Source of the DNA: Octopus vulgaris
Taxonomy: Eukaryota
DNA: 64,000 bases
NCBI GenBank assembly: GCA_951406725.2
Contig: OX597827.1
Coordinates: 52,886,001-52,950,000, forward strand
Direction of reading: 5' to 3'
The notes beneath the pieces are model-generated. The model searched no databases, was not told the DNA's origin, and was given only the letters and a program-made list of their open reading frames with translations. Shown here one piece after another: positions 52,085-64,000 of this stretch; the stretch's first letter is position 1, and each line of letters begins with the position of its first letter. The translations under genes and the position numbers were made by a program.

Positions 52085-52604
52085 CCGTAAATCCTCAAGT
52101 ATAGTCTGCCCTTGAGTATAATATGCAGGGTATTTTTAGGGGGCTGTACCTCTGATAAACTTAAACCTTGTGTATCATACGCACCCCTTCTCTAACTTGA
52201 GTCAAGGAGGTCTATATAACGTCCTTGGTTTGTAAAAATGTATACAGTAAAATGTATATGTCCTTTATTATTATTGTATATATAACATAATGCAAACGTG
52301 TAGCGTTTTTGTGCATTTTGTTTGCAGAAAATAAATAAATAACAGTAATAACATTTAATAAATGTTACTTATTTCAAGTTATGGATGATTCTTTAATGAC
52401 TTCATTGCTTTCAGGCTTAGCTTAGGGTATTTTCGTGCCCGACATCGCAAAATGCGTCTGAATAAACATTACCAGACAGCAAATAGAGACTCGGATATTG
52501 CTTAGAAAATATTTTTCACTTTTAACCTCGTATATAGTACGCACTTGGGATTTTGACTTTTAAATTTTGGGGAAAAAATGCGGATTATACTCGAGGATTT
52601 ACGG
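52085..52604. mobile_element. pogo/Tc2-like MITE
   Basis: TIRs ccgtaaatcctcaagtatagtctgc and gcggattatactcgaggatttacgg; TA on the left flank. Confidence 0.8.
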
Positions 52605-52876
52605 TCCTCTTTCTCCCCACCTAGAGTTTTATTTAGGGGGAGAGCAATCGTACTAGTTGTTTGTTAAAAAATAGAGTTCTCCCCCTTGTAGTTCTAGCTT
52701 TCTTACTCTATACCAGAGATTCTCAACGTAGGCAGTATCTTCGCTGAGCATGTCGAATGGGGCGTTAGGGTTTAGGGGGCGGTGAAGTATCACAATTAAC
52801 ATACTAAATTTTACCTATAGTAGTGATTATATTATACATGATAAAACTAGTAAAAGTTATTAAAATTTTGAACGTA

Positions 52877-53041
52877 GGCACAGGAGTGGCTGTGTGGTAA
52901 GTAGCCACTCCTTGTTTACCAACCACATGGTTCCGGGTTCAGTCCCACTGCGTGGTACCTTGGGCAAGTGTCTTCTACTATAGCCTCGGCCCGACCAAAG
53001 CCTTGTGAGTGGATTTGGTAGACGGAAACAAGCCCGTCGTA

Positions 53042-53082
<41 letters not shown>

Positions 53083-53292
53083 GTGTGTGTGTCTGTGTTT
53101 GTCCCCCTAGCATTGCTTGACAACCGATGCTGGTGTGTTTACGTCCCCGTTACTTAGCGGTTCGGCAAAAGAGAGCGATAGAATTAGTACTGGGCTTACA
53201 AAGAATAAGTCCTGGGGTCGATTTGTTCGACTAAAGGCGGTGCTCCAGCATGGCCGCAGTCAAATCACTGAAACAAGTAAAAGTGTAAGTGT
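52877..53292 (+). mobile_element. SINE family B, near-intact young copy
   Basis: A-box-like gtggctgtgtggtaag, B-box-like ggttcagtccc, internal (TA)/(TG), 3' gcggtgctccagcatggccgcagtcaaatcactgaaacaagtaaaag; CpGs retained. Confidence 0.92.
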
Positions 53293-53689
53293 ATAACAAG
53301 GAGAATATTTTGGCTGGATATACATGGCTGGTTTAAATGCTGAAGGGCTAAGCATGGTGTATCAGCTGCATTCCTGCTTTTCACTTCTATATTCAGTAAT
53401 GTGAACGACTTTTACTACCAGAACTTGAAACGTGTTCTGCCACTGGTCAAGAAAATCTATGACCAAATACATCCCACTATGACCATCACACTTCTTTAGA
53501 GCCATGTAGGATTACATTATCTAATATGTCCTTTTATTATTTAAGATAGGAGAGTGTGCTTTGAGGGGGATTTGGTTCTTATTTCTACTAAGTTGAGTAA
53601 CCACATTAATGCTAAAGCTGGTGTTCAAAGAACAATGAAGATAAATGAGATGGTAAATCACTGAAATTTCATTTTAGCCCTCTCAAATC

Positions 53690-54102
53690 ATCATCTTTTT
53701 AATGTCCACTTTTCCATGTTTGCATGGGACAGAGAGAATTTGTTGAGGCAGATTTTCTACATCCATATACCCACCCTGTCACCAACACACACCTGCTTCC
53801 AAATAAATTAAAATTTCCCCATAACCAGACGTTTTCACAGAAGAGCAGGAATGAAGAATGACATTTCCATGATAGTGACAATTCTTTACAACTATTATAT
53901 AAAATTAAGGCAAGAAAACAGTAACACACACACACATATAGATATGACAGGCTTCTTTGAGTTTCCATCTACCAAATCTACTCACAATGCATTTGTCAAC
54001 CTGGGACTATAGTAAAAGACACTTGCTCAAGGCACCACACAAGGGATCTGAACTTAAGACCGTGTGGTTGGGAAGTAGACTTCTTACCACACAGCCATGC
54101 CT
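53690..54102 (-). mobile_element. SINE family B variant with RTE-like tail
   Basis: catcatctttttaatgtccacttttccatg (tail, reversed) .. cttcttaccacacagccatgcc (head, reversed). Confidence 0.75.
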
Positions 54103-54129
54103 AAATTCTCATTGAGAATTTGCTCTAAA

Positions 54130-55152
54130 CTTTGCCCAGCCTAATCTTATTCTGACAGCTGTCTTCTACCTCTAGCTTACTCCCATGGCAGTTGATGGAG
54201 TCTATTTTCTTTACATTTTTTGTGTTTATTGTACCTGTGCATCTACCACACACAAAAGCTATTTTCTCTGTGTCCAAAGCTTACACCAGTTGCATCTTAC
54301 AGACTTACTACCTACACCTTTTATACCTCAAGGGACTTGTGATTTGTCTGTCTTCCTACTTACTAAGACTTTGGTTTTTGCTAGTTTAACTTTAAGGCCC
54401 TTTGATTCTAGACCTTGTTTCCACACCTGGAACTTCTCCCATTCTGGTAGTGATTCAGCTATAAGAACAAGGTCATCAGCATAGAGGAGCTCCCAGGGGC
54501 AACCTGTTTTAAATTCTTCTGTTATTGCCTGGAGGACAATAATGAACAAGAGTGGGGTCTTAGGACCAATCCTTGGTGAACCCCTACTTGTACCCCGAGT
54601 TCTTCGCTGTACTCATTGCCAATCTTCACCTTACTGGTAGCGTCTCTGTACATGGCTTGTACAGCTCTCACCAACCACTTGTCTATCCCTAGTTTCCACA
54701 TTGACCACTAGATAAGGATTTGAGGACCCTGTCAAACGCTTTCTCCAAGTCGACAAAGGCTAAGTACAGAAGTTTATCTCTAGCTATGTATTTCTCCTGC
54801 AGCTGCCTTACCAGAAATATAGCATCAGTGGTGCTTCTCCTTGGCACAAAACCAAACTGCATCTCATCTAGACTAATTCTCGCTCTAATTAGTTGGGCTA
54901 TGACTCTCTCCATAACTTTCATCACCTGATCCAACAATTTGATACCTCTGTAATTATTTCTATCCAAGGCATAACCTTTACCTTAGTAGCAGGTGACTAT
55001 GGTACTGCTACAGTCATTGGGTTTGACTCCTTCATGAATCACCTGGTTTACAATACGGGTGACTAGACAATAACCTACACTGCCAGATATTTTAAGCATC
55101 TCAGCGGTGATTCCTGAAGGGCCAGGGGCATTCCCTGTCTTCATGTCCTTAC
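54130..55152 (-). mobile_element. RTE LINE reverse-transcriptase fragment (pseudogenised)
   Basis: MKTGNAPGPSGITAEML..NYRGIKLL..QFGFVPRRSTTDAIF..AFVDLEKAFDRV..LLYADDLVLIAE (ORFs 54983, 54689, 54328). Confidence 0.95.
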
Positions 55153-55679
55153 CTATATGTGTATATATATATATATATACAAACTGAGCCAAAAATCATT
55201 CACAAAATAAGTCCAGTGCAATTTGGAATTGTCAAAGACATGCTCCAATTTTTCTAAAATTGAATAAAAATAAATAAGATAATGATTACAAATGTACTTG
55301 AATGTGATGAATGAAATAACAAATCAAATGTTATGTTGCGTGAGTTTCGGCCTACCCTGTACATGTGTGTTTGTGTATTAACAAGTAACTGTTTCTTTAC
55401 AAAGATGAAAAGTGCTGCTGAGGATATAATATTGTCTATCAATCAAATCTTCCAGCTGAAAATAAACAATATCATGTGACTTAAAATACAAAGAAATACA
55501 AATTAAAAAATGACAAATCTACATGATTTTATTCATTATAACATATATTTAAAGGTGTAAAAATAAACTGTGACTTTACATGGAGGTAATACACAATATT
55601 TCTAAACTCTAAGAAGAATATTGTTAAAATTCATTAAAAAATATATATAAGTAAAGAAAAGAAATTGAAATTTCAAAGC

Positions 55680-56070
55680 AAGTGTGTGTGTGTGTGTGTG
55701 TGCATAAAATATCCATATGTATAATATACACAATATAATATACATATGTATTATGCATACACATAATATATGTATATAATATACTTGTATTATAAATATG
55801 TAATATACATATACATATAGTATACATACCTACATACATACAAACATAGATACATACTATACCTTCGTATAATATATCCTTGTAATATACACAAGTGTAT
55901 GTATGCCACTCATACATATATATATGTATACACATACATACATATATATTTATATTTATGTACTTATGTACATGATATACATATATTAAATATATATGTG
56001 ATATATTATGTTATATATGATATACACATGCAATAACATGTAACATACATATGTAATATACACACAATTA
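55680..56070 (+). repeat. Degenerate (TA/CA/TG) microsatellite field
   Basis: Direct reading; similar field at 57190-57350. Confidence 0.8.
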
Positions 56071-56204
56071 TAGAGGCTCCCTCCATGTGCACATGTAATC
56101 AAAGATCCAAGGTCCAATTGTATTAAACTTTGCTTTTACATTCAATATTTTCTCTTTTACATTCCATTATCAGAAATAATTGTTCACTGTTTGAGAGAAT
56201 GTAT

Positions 56205-56542
56205 TTTTTATCTTTTACTTATTTAAATCATTAAACTGTGGCCATGCTGGGGCACTGCCTTGAAGAATTTTAGTCAAACAAATCAACCCTTAATACTCAT
56301 TTTATTGGTTTCTTTCACTGAACTGATATGGTATTAGTATGTAAACACCAGTTGTCAAGCAATGTTAGAGGACAAGTATGCACACACACACAAAAACACA
56401 ATGGGCATCTTTCAGGTTCTATTTGTCAAATCAACTCACAAGCCTTTGGTTGACCTAAAGCTATAGTAGAATACGCAGTGGGACTGAACTTGGAACCATG
56501 TGGTTGGGAGACACACTTTTTACCACACAGCCACGGCTGTGC
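56205..56542 (-). mobile_element. SINE family B, degenerate
   Basis: ctgtggccatgctggggcactgcc..cagtgggactgaacttggaaccatgtggttggg..taccacacagccac. Confidence 0.8.
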
Positions 56543-57207
56543 CATGTGAAAAGATGACAGGATTCATACTAGCATTTGAATTAACAAGTATAGATAAGCT
56601 GTTGTTGCTCTGAATTTCTTGTTTTTCACTGGTCATTTCAGATTGCATTCAAATTCCAGAAATGATAGTGTAAACACGGACAAGGAACAATATATAATTC
56701 CAAGCAATGGAATATAAAACTCAATTGTATCTTTGATTACATGAATGTATTTAAATAGAGAAGCTATTATTCTTATACACAATTGATACATAAGAGTATA
56801 TTTTGAAAATACAAATCAGAAAAATAAATACTTAACACAGGTTGTAGAGTTTATTAATTTATTTGAAACTGGGACGTCACAATGTCGGTACTCCAATCTT
56901 TATATTACTGTCGTGTTTCTGTTGCATTGAGGAACATGACAGTAATAGGGAAGTGAGTGAAGCCATGGTATGAACCTCCAGTTTTGAAGAAATGAATGTA
57001 CAAAATTTCTTCTACATATACACACAAACACACACACACACACAAGGTTTCACATCCATGAAGCACTCAGCTTTATAGACTTGTTAGTTTGAAGAAAGGT
57101 ATATACCCTCTGCCATTAGAGTTTGATGAGTTGCCTATAAAACTACGTGCTTTATAGATGTGAAACCATTGGTCATTCTATGACCAGACATATTTTTATA
57201 AATAAAC

Positions 57208-57238
<31 letters not shown>

Positions 57239-58239
57239 CACAAATATACATATGTACATACATACATACATACATACAAATATATGTGTATATAAATACA
57301 CACATATATATATATACATTCATACAAATATACAAACACACACACACAGAGTCATTATATTTTAATGATCTCAATCCTAAATTAATGAAATTGCAGAAGA
57401 ATGCTTGTCCTCTTGTGTGAGGTATGGTGAATAGATAAAATATTAAATTGGACAGTTCTGAAAATGGCAGTTGATATATTTGATTCATTCTATAGACGAA
57501 GACAGAATATACATATACTAAAACACACACACATACATATATATATGAATATTTCTTTTTCATGTGCATACAAAAATATAATTATTTTATTGAATTTCAT
57601 TTGATAATTTTGCAATCATCATCATCATCATTATCATCACCATCCTTTCTATTTTTACTAATAGCAGTAATGGGGCAGTGATTTGGTAGAAGGAGTAAAG
57701 TGCCAGAATAAATGCTTTCAAGAATGTCTCTCAATATTCTTGGTTTTGTCAGGCACAATTTAGCCATTCGTTTCTACAAGGTTGCTTAAATAGGTACAGG
57801 TAATGTACAGGGATTGATTCAATCAACAATTACTCTTACTTTGAATAAGTGGCTTTGTGCCTTAGTAAGAAATTATTATTACTGTTGTTGTAGTTGTTGT
57901 TCTTCATGTTGAAATAAAACACATATTAAAAGTTTTAAAGCTATTTGGATTTGAATAAATAAAAATAATATTAAACATTTTTTTTTCATTTTTTTCTTTA
58001 TAAAGATAGGATTTGAAAAATAGAAATGATAACAATCATCTTTTCATTTTAAACAATAAAAACAAAAACCAAGCAAAAATAAACATAATAGGAAACAAAA
58101 AAACAACTAAAAACAGAAATTACAAAATGCCTTTGAAGTTCACATTTCTTAAAATTCATTGGGTGTTTATAGAATAACCTCTATTGAACAGTAGCATAGT
58201 AGAATATTAAATACTGTGTAAGTTAATTATATTTTATCA

Positions 58240-59040
58240 AAAATAATTTCCCAAAATTATTTCCCTAGACTAACATTCCATCATTTTAATCGCCTGCAAT
58301 TATTTGAGGATGATCTCAGTTATTCTTGGAACCTAATTTGTGAAGAATAAACCTTCAGCCCAAATTCCCTATATTAATCTTCCAGCATAATCTATTAAAG
58401 TAATTCTATGATAATCCTCAAGCCTATTTCCTCAGTATCCTACATCCATATCCAAGATAATCTAATCCACCAGCATTTACTATCATCTATCTACTGAGTG
58501 AATCCTCAACAATATTCTCCCAGTACCTTACCAAACAAAACTAAATTCTCCAGAATTTAGTATTTTGTGTCATTTATCTACTACATTAATCCTTAAATAT
58601 AGTCCCCTAATATCCTCCCCACATCTGATAATTATTCCTTCATTATATAACATCTATTGACTGGATCAATCTTAAGTGTACTCTCCCAAAATTAATCTAA
58701 TCTTTCACTGTTAACTATCTTCCATATACTGGAATAATTCACCAACATAATTCATATATAAAGATCCTGCAATGTAAATTTCTCAGAAAAGTCTTCCAGT
58801 GAACTATGGCAGAAAAATGTTCTTTTGTAATTCAATGATTCTTTTGGGATTAAATATTATATTTAAGATAATCCTGCAATATAATTCTGCCAGAATAATC
58901 TTCTAGTTTGATATTCTAAGATTAACCTCATATTTTAATTCTTCAGGATATAACTTTTTGGAACATTTCTTCTGCTTAGAAGAGATTCTCTGATATAATA
59001 TTATACCTTCTAAATAATTCTACACCAAAAATTTCCTCTA
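58240..59040 (+). repeat. Highly degenerate tandem repeat (~80-100 bp spacing)
   Basis: aatcct(c/g)a..tatt(c/t)tc..cag.a motif near 58411, 58500, 58587, 58667, 58762, 58869. Confidence 0.5.
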
Positions 59041-59814
59041 AATAACAAAATATAAGAGAAAGACAAAGGACAAAAATCTAAAACCCATAAGAGCCATTTG
59101 TGTTTTTTGCAGCAGTAATCACCCAAATTTAGTTCATATAAGTATCACAAATTCTCTTCATGTATTCTTGGAAAAGAGAGCTGACCAAGTGGATATAGTA
59201 TTAGACTACAGGCTTATAAATACTGATCTGCAGGACTAATTTCTTAGAGCTTTACACACAATTCTATGCAGCTCAGTTATCCTACTTTACAGGAATAAAT
59301 AAATACCAGATCATATTAAAATGCTAATCTGCTGTTTTGTCCTATACAAGACAAACATTTTCTCATCTGCTCAAAGCCATGAAAATGAAGTTAAACATCA
59401 GCTGTATTAACATTTACCAATAAGGGCACATGTCACACTGATATATGAGAAATTAATTCCATGATTGACAGAGGATTTTATAAATCTTCATGTAACTTTT
59501 TAAATGTTTATTTATTTATTTCATTTTTTTTCAACATAGATATATATTTTTTCTCTAGGGTAGTTTGAAAATTTGCACATTTACAGAAACTGTTGGTCAT
59601 TCTGCTCTACAGATGGCTCCATATTAAAACAGAATTGCATTCATTTTACTTTATCCTTATTATTTTCTATTTGTTGCTTTTATCAAGAACATCATCATTT
59701 TAACATCCACTTTTCCACGCTCACATGGGCCAGAATACATCCATATATACATATATATATATATACATATATATATATATTATATCTGTACATACATATT
59801 ACACTCACACACAC

Positions 59815-59821
<7 letters not shown>

Positions 59822-59884
<63 letters not shown>
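59822..59884 (+). repeat. (GA)n microsatellite
   Basis: Direct reading. Confidence 0.95.
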
Positions 59885-59886
<2 letters not shown>

Positions 59887-62045
59887 CACTCACATGAACA
59901 TATACATACACACAATCACATACATGCGTTTTGATATCCATTTGCCCTATTTTCATGTTAAGATGGTTCTGAATAGTTGCATATTTATATAAATATTGTA
60001 AGACTGAATAACTATTATCATAACTTCATGTTCTTCCTAAAATGAGCTACTCATTCATTTAGTAGCAACATGCTATTCTTTTTTTTCTTTCAGTTAGCCA
60101 GGCTAAAGCAAGAAGAGCAATATGAAATGCCTGTGGAGATGACAAGATGGCTATAGCAAGGACTGAGTTGATTTTATAACCTTGCAATTGAAAATTAAGA
60201 TGCTTAAGCTTAAGTAATAAGTTATTTGTTACAAATTTTGAAAACATTAATTATCTGCACAAATTTAAAAACATTAACATTTATTTAAATATATGTCTCA
60301 GAAGAATTCATACACACTTTATAAGATGTTTATTTTACTTAATGCATATACACTTTATAGTATCATATATAAATATGATATAAAAAGTGTGTAGACATTT
60401 GTGAGACACTATATATGCTTGTCTGTGTGAACATGTGTGCAGGTATGCACTTGCACTATATAACAGTCAGATGTTGCAAGATATATGAAGATGATACATG
60501 TATGAATGAAAAAAATGAAGAATGTTGTATTAAAGAACAAAGTTCTTTGAATTATATACAAGTATATACATGCAAATAAGACAATCAATAATATAAAATC
60601 ATTAATGAGAATAAAAGATAAATGCATCAAGTGGGGATTGAACTACTATACATACCTCAAATATCAGCCAAATATGCAAGCCTGCTTACCACAACCAATA
60701 TGGTGCTTTCTTTCTCATTCTTTATGACTTAGTATATTTTTGAAATTTAACATATGCATATACATACAAACAACACATCAACTGTGTGTATATATATATA
60801 CACACACACACATGCACACACTTAAGAAACACACTCTCTCTCTTTCACACACACACACATACACATACACAAACTTGTATATATATTTCACATATATTCT
60901 CTGATGTGATTCCTCTGAATTAGGAAGATCTGTTTCTTTGGATATTTATTACAAAGTTCTTCCTCATTGTTGTGGGTATGTTTTTTTTCTCTTTCTTTCA
61001 TATTACTTCACTCATTTACTGGTTGGTCTTTCAACTGAGGTCATTATTGATCACCATAGTTATTTTATCAACCTTTACAGGAGGAAAGCAAAAGTTGACC
61101 CAGGCAGGATTTAAGCTCAAAACATACAGGGAAGGGATTTAACCAACTACCATAAGGTATTTTGTCTGACACTTCACTTATGTTTGATTTTTGCTATACC
61201 TTCTTTTTTTTTTCCACTTTTTTTTCCCTCAAATAAAATGAGTTTCTAATTTGTAATTTATGCCGTCCAACAATCAAGCAGGAATGTTCTTTAGCAATTA
61301 ATATTTCGTTTGTAAATTGCTTCATCTATTTCATGAGCTGCATTCAGTAGATGTATTGTAACGTTGTTTTAACCGATAAAATAATACCATGGGGGAATCC
61401 TGCAGAAGAAACAATAAATAAATATAATCTTTATACTATAATGATGAAAGTTACTTATAAATTAGTTGGGAGCATATAATTTTTACTTAAAGAAAACAAT
61501 TATTAAAGTCTACACAGTCATGAAAATTCTTATAAATTCTAATTTTAATATATTTTTATCAAAATGTGGTTTTTAGATTTCTTTTATAATTGAAGATTTC
61601 AACTACAGGAAAGCAGTTTTAATTCACTGTGAGATAGCATTTTTTAACATTGCAAGATAGAGTCTTTCCTTCTCTCTCTCTCTCTCTCATACACTTCATT
61701 GTACTACTTTCTACAGGTATTTACTCAGCCAACACAAGGGGCTACTGGTTGATACAGGGTTTCATAGCATATTATTGAGCAAACACTTTTTTGCCCAAGA
61801 TATGACAGAAAAATTTTCAGAAATGCTCATTCCTCTCACAGCTAGACAAACTGAAATAACAAAAATTTGTTTATGTGCCCTACCCAAAATGCACAACAAA
61901 ACACCTGCAGTGTATTTGAACTCAGGACTGATGAGTCAAGAATCCAACAAAGCGTAGTCCTTTAAGCCATTTTGCCTAGAAATACTAAACTGGAAAACTT
62001 TTAAGATCAAGTAACAAATATTATATGAAATTTATGATTATTTAA

Positions 62046-62265
62046 CCCTTTTGTTACCAACCCGGCTGAAACCGGCCCTGGCTCTGAGTACAAATGTTTT
62101 GTTTTCATAAGTTTTGAATTAAAATTTTCCACCAAACCTTAGTCATACTTTATGATCCTAACACCAGCTGAAAGATGACTAAGTTGTTTTACTAAATTGT
62201 TTGTCATATTTAAAGTAATTGAAAGAAACACAGAGCATCTCAAAATAAATACAGTAATGAAAAGG
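62046..62265. mobile_element. piggyBac-like MITE (TTAA flanks)
   Basis: ttaa|cccttttgttac...gtaatgaaaagg|ttaa. Confidence 0.75.
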
Positions 62266-63009
62266 TTAAGTAATGGTAAAGTTGGTGGTGATGTAATTAT
62301 AAACTTTTGTTGATTGGTTTATCAAGAATCTGGTTTAAGGGTTACATACCTTCTGAAACCAATGCATCAGAAACAATTGCTTCATGCTCATCTCTTCCAT
62401 TAACTTTTCCTCTTGACATAATACATCCAACTAAACATTAAGACATACAGAAGGAATATATATTAAGGGTTAACAAAATATACAGTGAAATAATTCTCTT
62501 TTGGAACTGGATCTCAAAGTACATAAAAAGCTATAACTAACAGCTTGTAAATATTGTGTTGAAAAACACTTTTGGATAGAAAAATTTGAAGGCTGAACAT
62601 ACAGAATATACAGAAAACATACACAAAAGCAACCAGTTGATGGTCAGTAAAATGTACAATAATAAATTTAACTTTTAAAAGTTTAAAAGTAATATATGTA
62701 GAAGGGATAAGTTGGCTATCAAGTAAAATAAATAATAAAAGACGTTTAAGAGCCATTAAAGTATACACTATATGTATATATTACAAGGAGTAAACTGAGC
62801 AGAAAAGAAAGCTGTTAACAGTCAATAAAGTAAAATACATTGAGCAGGTAGTTAAAAAAAAATTAATGAATATAGTACAGGCAGCATCATGTAAATTGAT
62901 CTCCTTTAATATGACCACTTTAGTATAGGAAGTCTCAGGTGGGTTGATATCAAAGTGTTAAATTTATAATAATGAGAAATATTAATGGGATTAAACAAAT
63001 GTGTGTGTG

Positions 63010-63079
<70 letters not shown>

Positions 63080-63096
63080 CATATATATATATGCTT

Positions 63097-63301
63097 TCAA
63101 TATGTGACCTCGTGAGTACCGTTGGTGATTTTTTTCCCTCTGTCTTCCCTTCTCGGGATCTTTCCTTCTCCTATGTTTCCGACAAAGAGCTCCGCTCGAA
63201 ACGTTAAACCCTCCTTTTTCCCTTCTTTCCTGAGCGTCCAATAATACTTTATTTGTTCCACGTCCTCGCGTTGTTGTTTTTTTGTGTTTTCTTGTTTGGA
63301 T

Positions 63302-63306
<5 letters not shown>
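63097..63306 (+). mobile_element. Penelope-like terminal-repeat fragment in (TA)n with degenerate hammerhead-like motif
   Basis: ccgacaaagagctccgctcgaaacgtt, then cctgagcgtccaataatac; (TA)n on both sides. Confidence 0.55.
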
Positions 63307-63351
<45 letters not shown>

Positions 63352-63859
63352 CACACACACATGTAAGAATAAAAACAAATGAGAACATTTAAGTCTTGTT
63401 ATTTGTTGTTTGCTCCTTCCAAGCAACCAGGATTCATAGATTGCCTCTGAGACAAAAAAAAAAAATCAGATAAAGTTCACTGTTACAAATGTATTTATAA
63501 TAAAAATAGTTAACTTACATCCAAATATTCAGGCAAGGAGAGTTTTTTCCGCAAAAGACCTTTGACTTGTGACACTAATACACGGATAGAACAACGGACA
63601 AATTTCTTCTCAAGTGGCCGTAGCTGATAGGAGCCATTCTGAACTGACTGAGGTCTAGATGAAATTTAAATAAATTAGAATTATACAAGATATCAAGCTA
63701 TTCCATTTCTATATTTTTGGTATGTGCTATTTTTCATAGAATTATGTATCAACCTTATGTTTCTCTGAAACCAATTTTTTGATCTGGTATACAACCTTGG
63801 GATTATAAAATGACCATGTGGCTTATTGGTTAGGGTATTCAGTTCACGATTGTATGATC

Positions 63860-63914
63860 GTGACCTCTTCAGTGACTCTCTACCCCACATATGGAGTGTT
63901 GCTGAAGAGGTCAC
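63860..63914. repeat. Hairpin: 13-bp perfect stem, 17 bp with G-U pairs
   Basis: gtgacctcttcagtgac...gttgctgaagaggtcac. Confidence 0.85.
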
Positions 63915-64000
63915 AGGATGTGTGACAAAAGATCTCCAAACAAAGAACATAAAATAAGAACAATAATAAATCTGAAGTGAAGAATGAATATATAGTGTGT

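Noticed and set aside
52877-52950. tRNA-like A/B boxes
   Set aside because: SINE head; no full cloverleaf, so no tRNA gene called anywhere.
57135-57569. 144-aa ORF and the many other YI/CV/RE/LS-rich ORFs
   Set aside because: Dinucleotide-repeat translations.
60075-60160. Strong + strand acceptor followed by LARLKQEEQYEMPVEMTRWL*
   Set aside because: No recognisable homology or partner exons; similar isolated acceptors at 51260, 56641 and 59558 also run into stops.

Overview
AT-rich eukaryotic (animal) genomic DNA, with no prokaryotic features and no intact protein-coding ORF that I can identify. The repeat content (two tRNA-headed SINE families, RTE LINEs with (GAT)n tails, R4/Dong-like LINE ends in (AAT)n, abundant (TA)n/(CA)n/(GA)n) resembles an Octopus-type cephalopod genome; this is pattern recognition, not a database result. 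Recognisable elements: decayed LINEs (RTE, R4/Dong-like with restriction-like endonuclease, CR1-like), one complete but dead mariner, a Helitron 3' end, several MITEs and Penelope-like termini. CpG is depleted at ~1-34.5 kb and ~43.5-64 kb but retained at ~34.5-43.3 kb. That central block has GC boxes and a strong minus-strand splice donor, so the left half may be a long intron of a minus-strand gene (inference). Best leads: (1) a 143-bp fold-back copy of neighbouring DNA fused to a 36-nt RTE tail; (2) a candidate recursive splice site buried in a 12-bp hairpin; (3) repeat copies that report the methylation boundary; (4) a 61-bp palindrome; (5) a MITE carrying a retroelement fragment; (6) an unidentified polyadenylated retro-insert. 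I cannot support a claim of a new multi-gene system. Boundaries of degenerate repeats are approximate (tens of bp).
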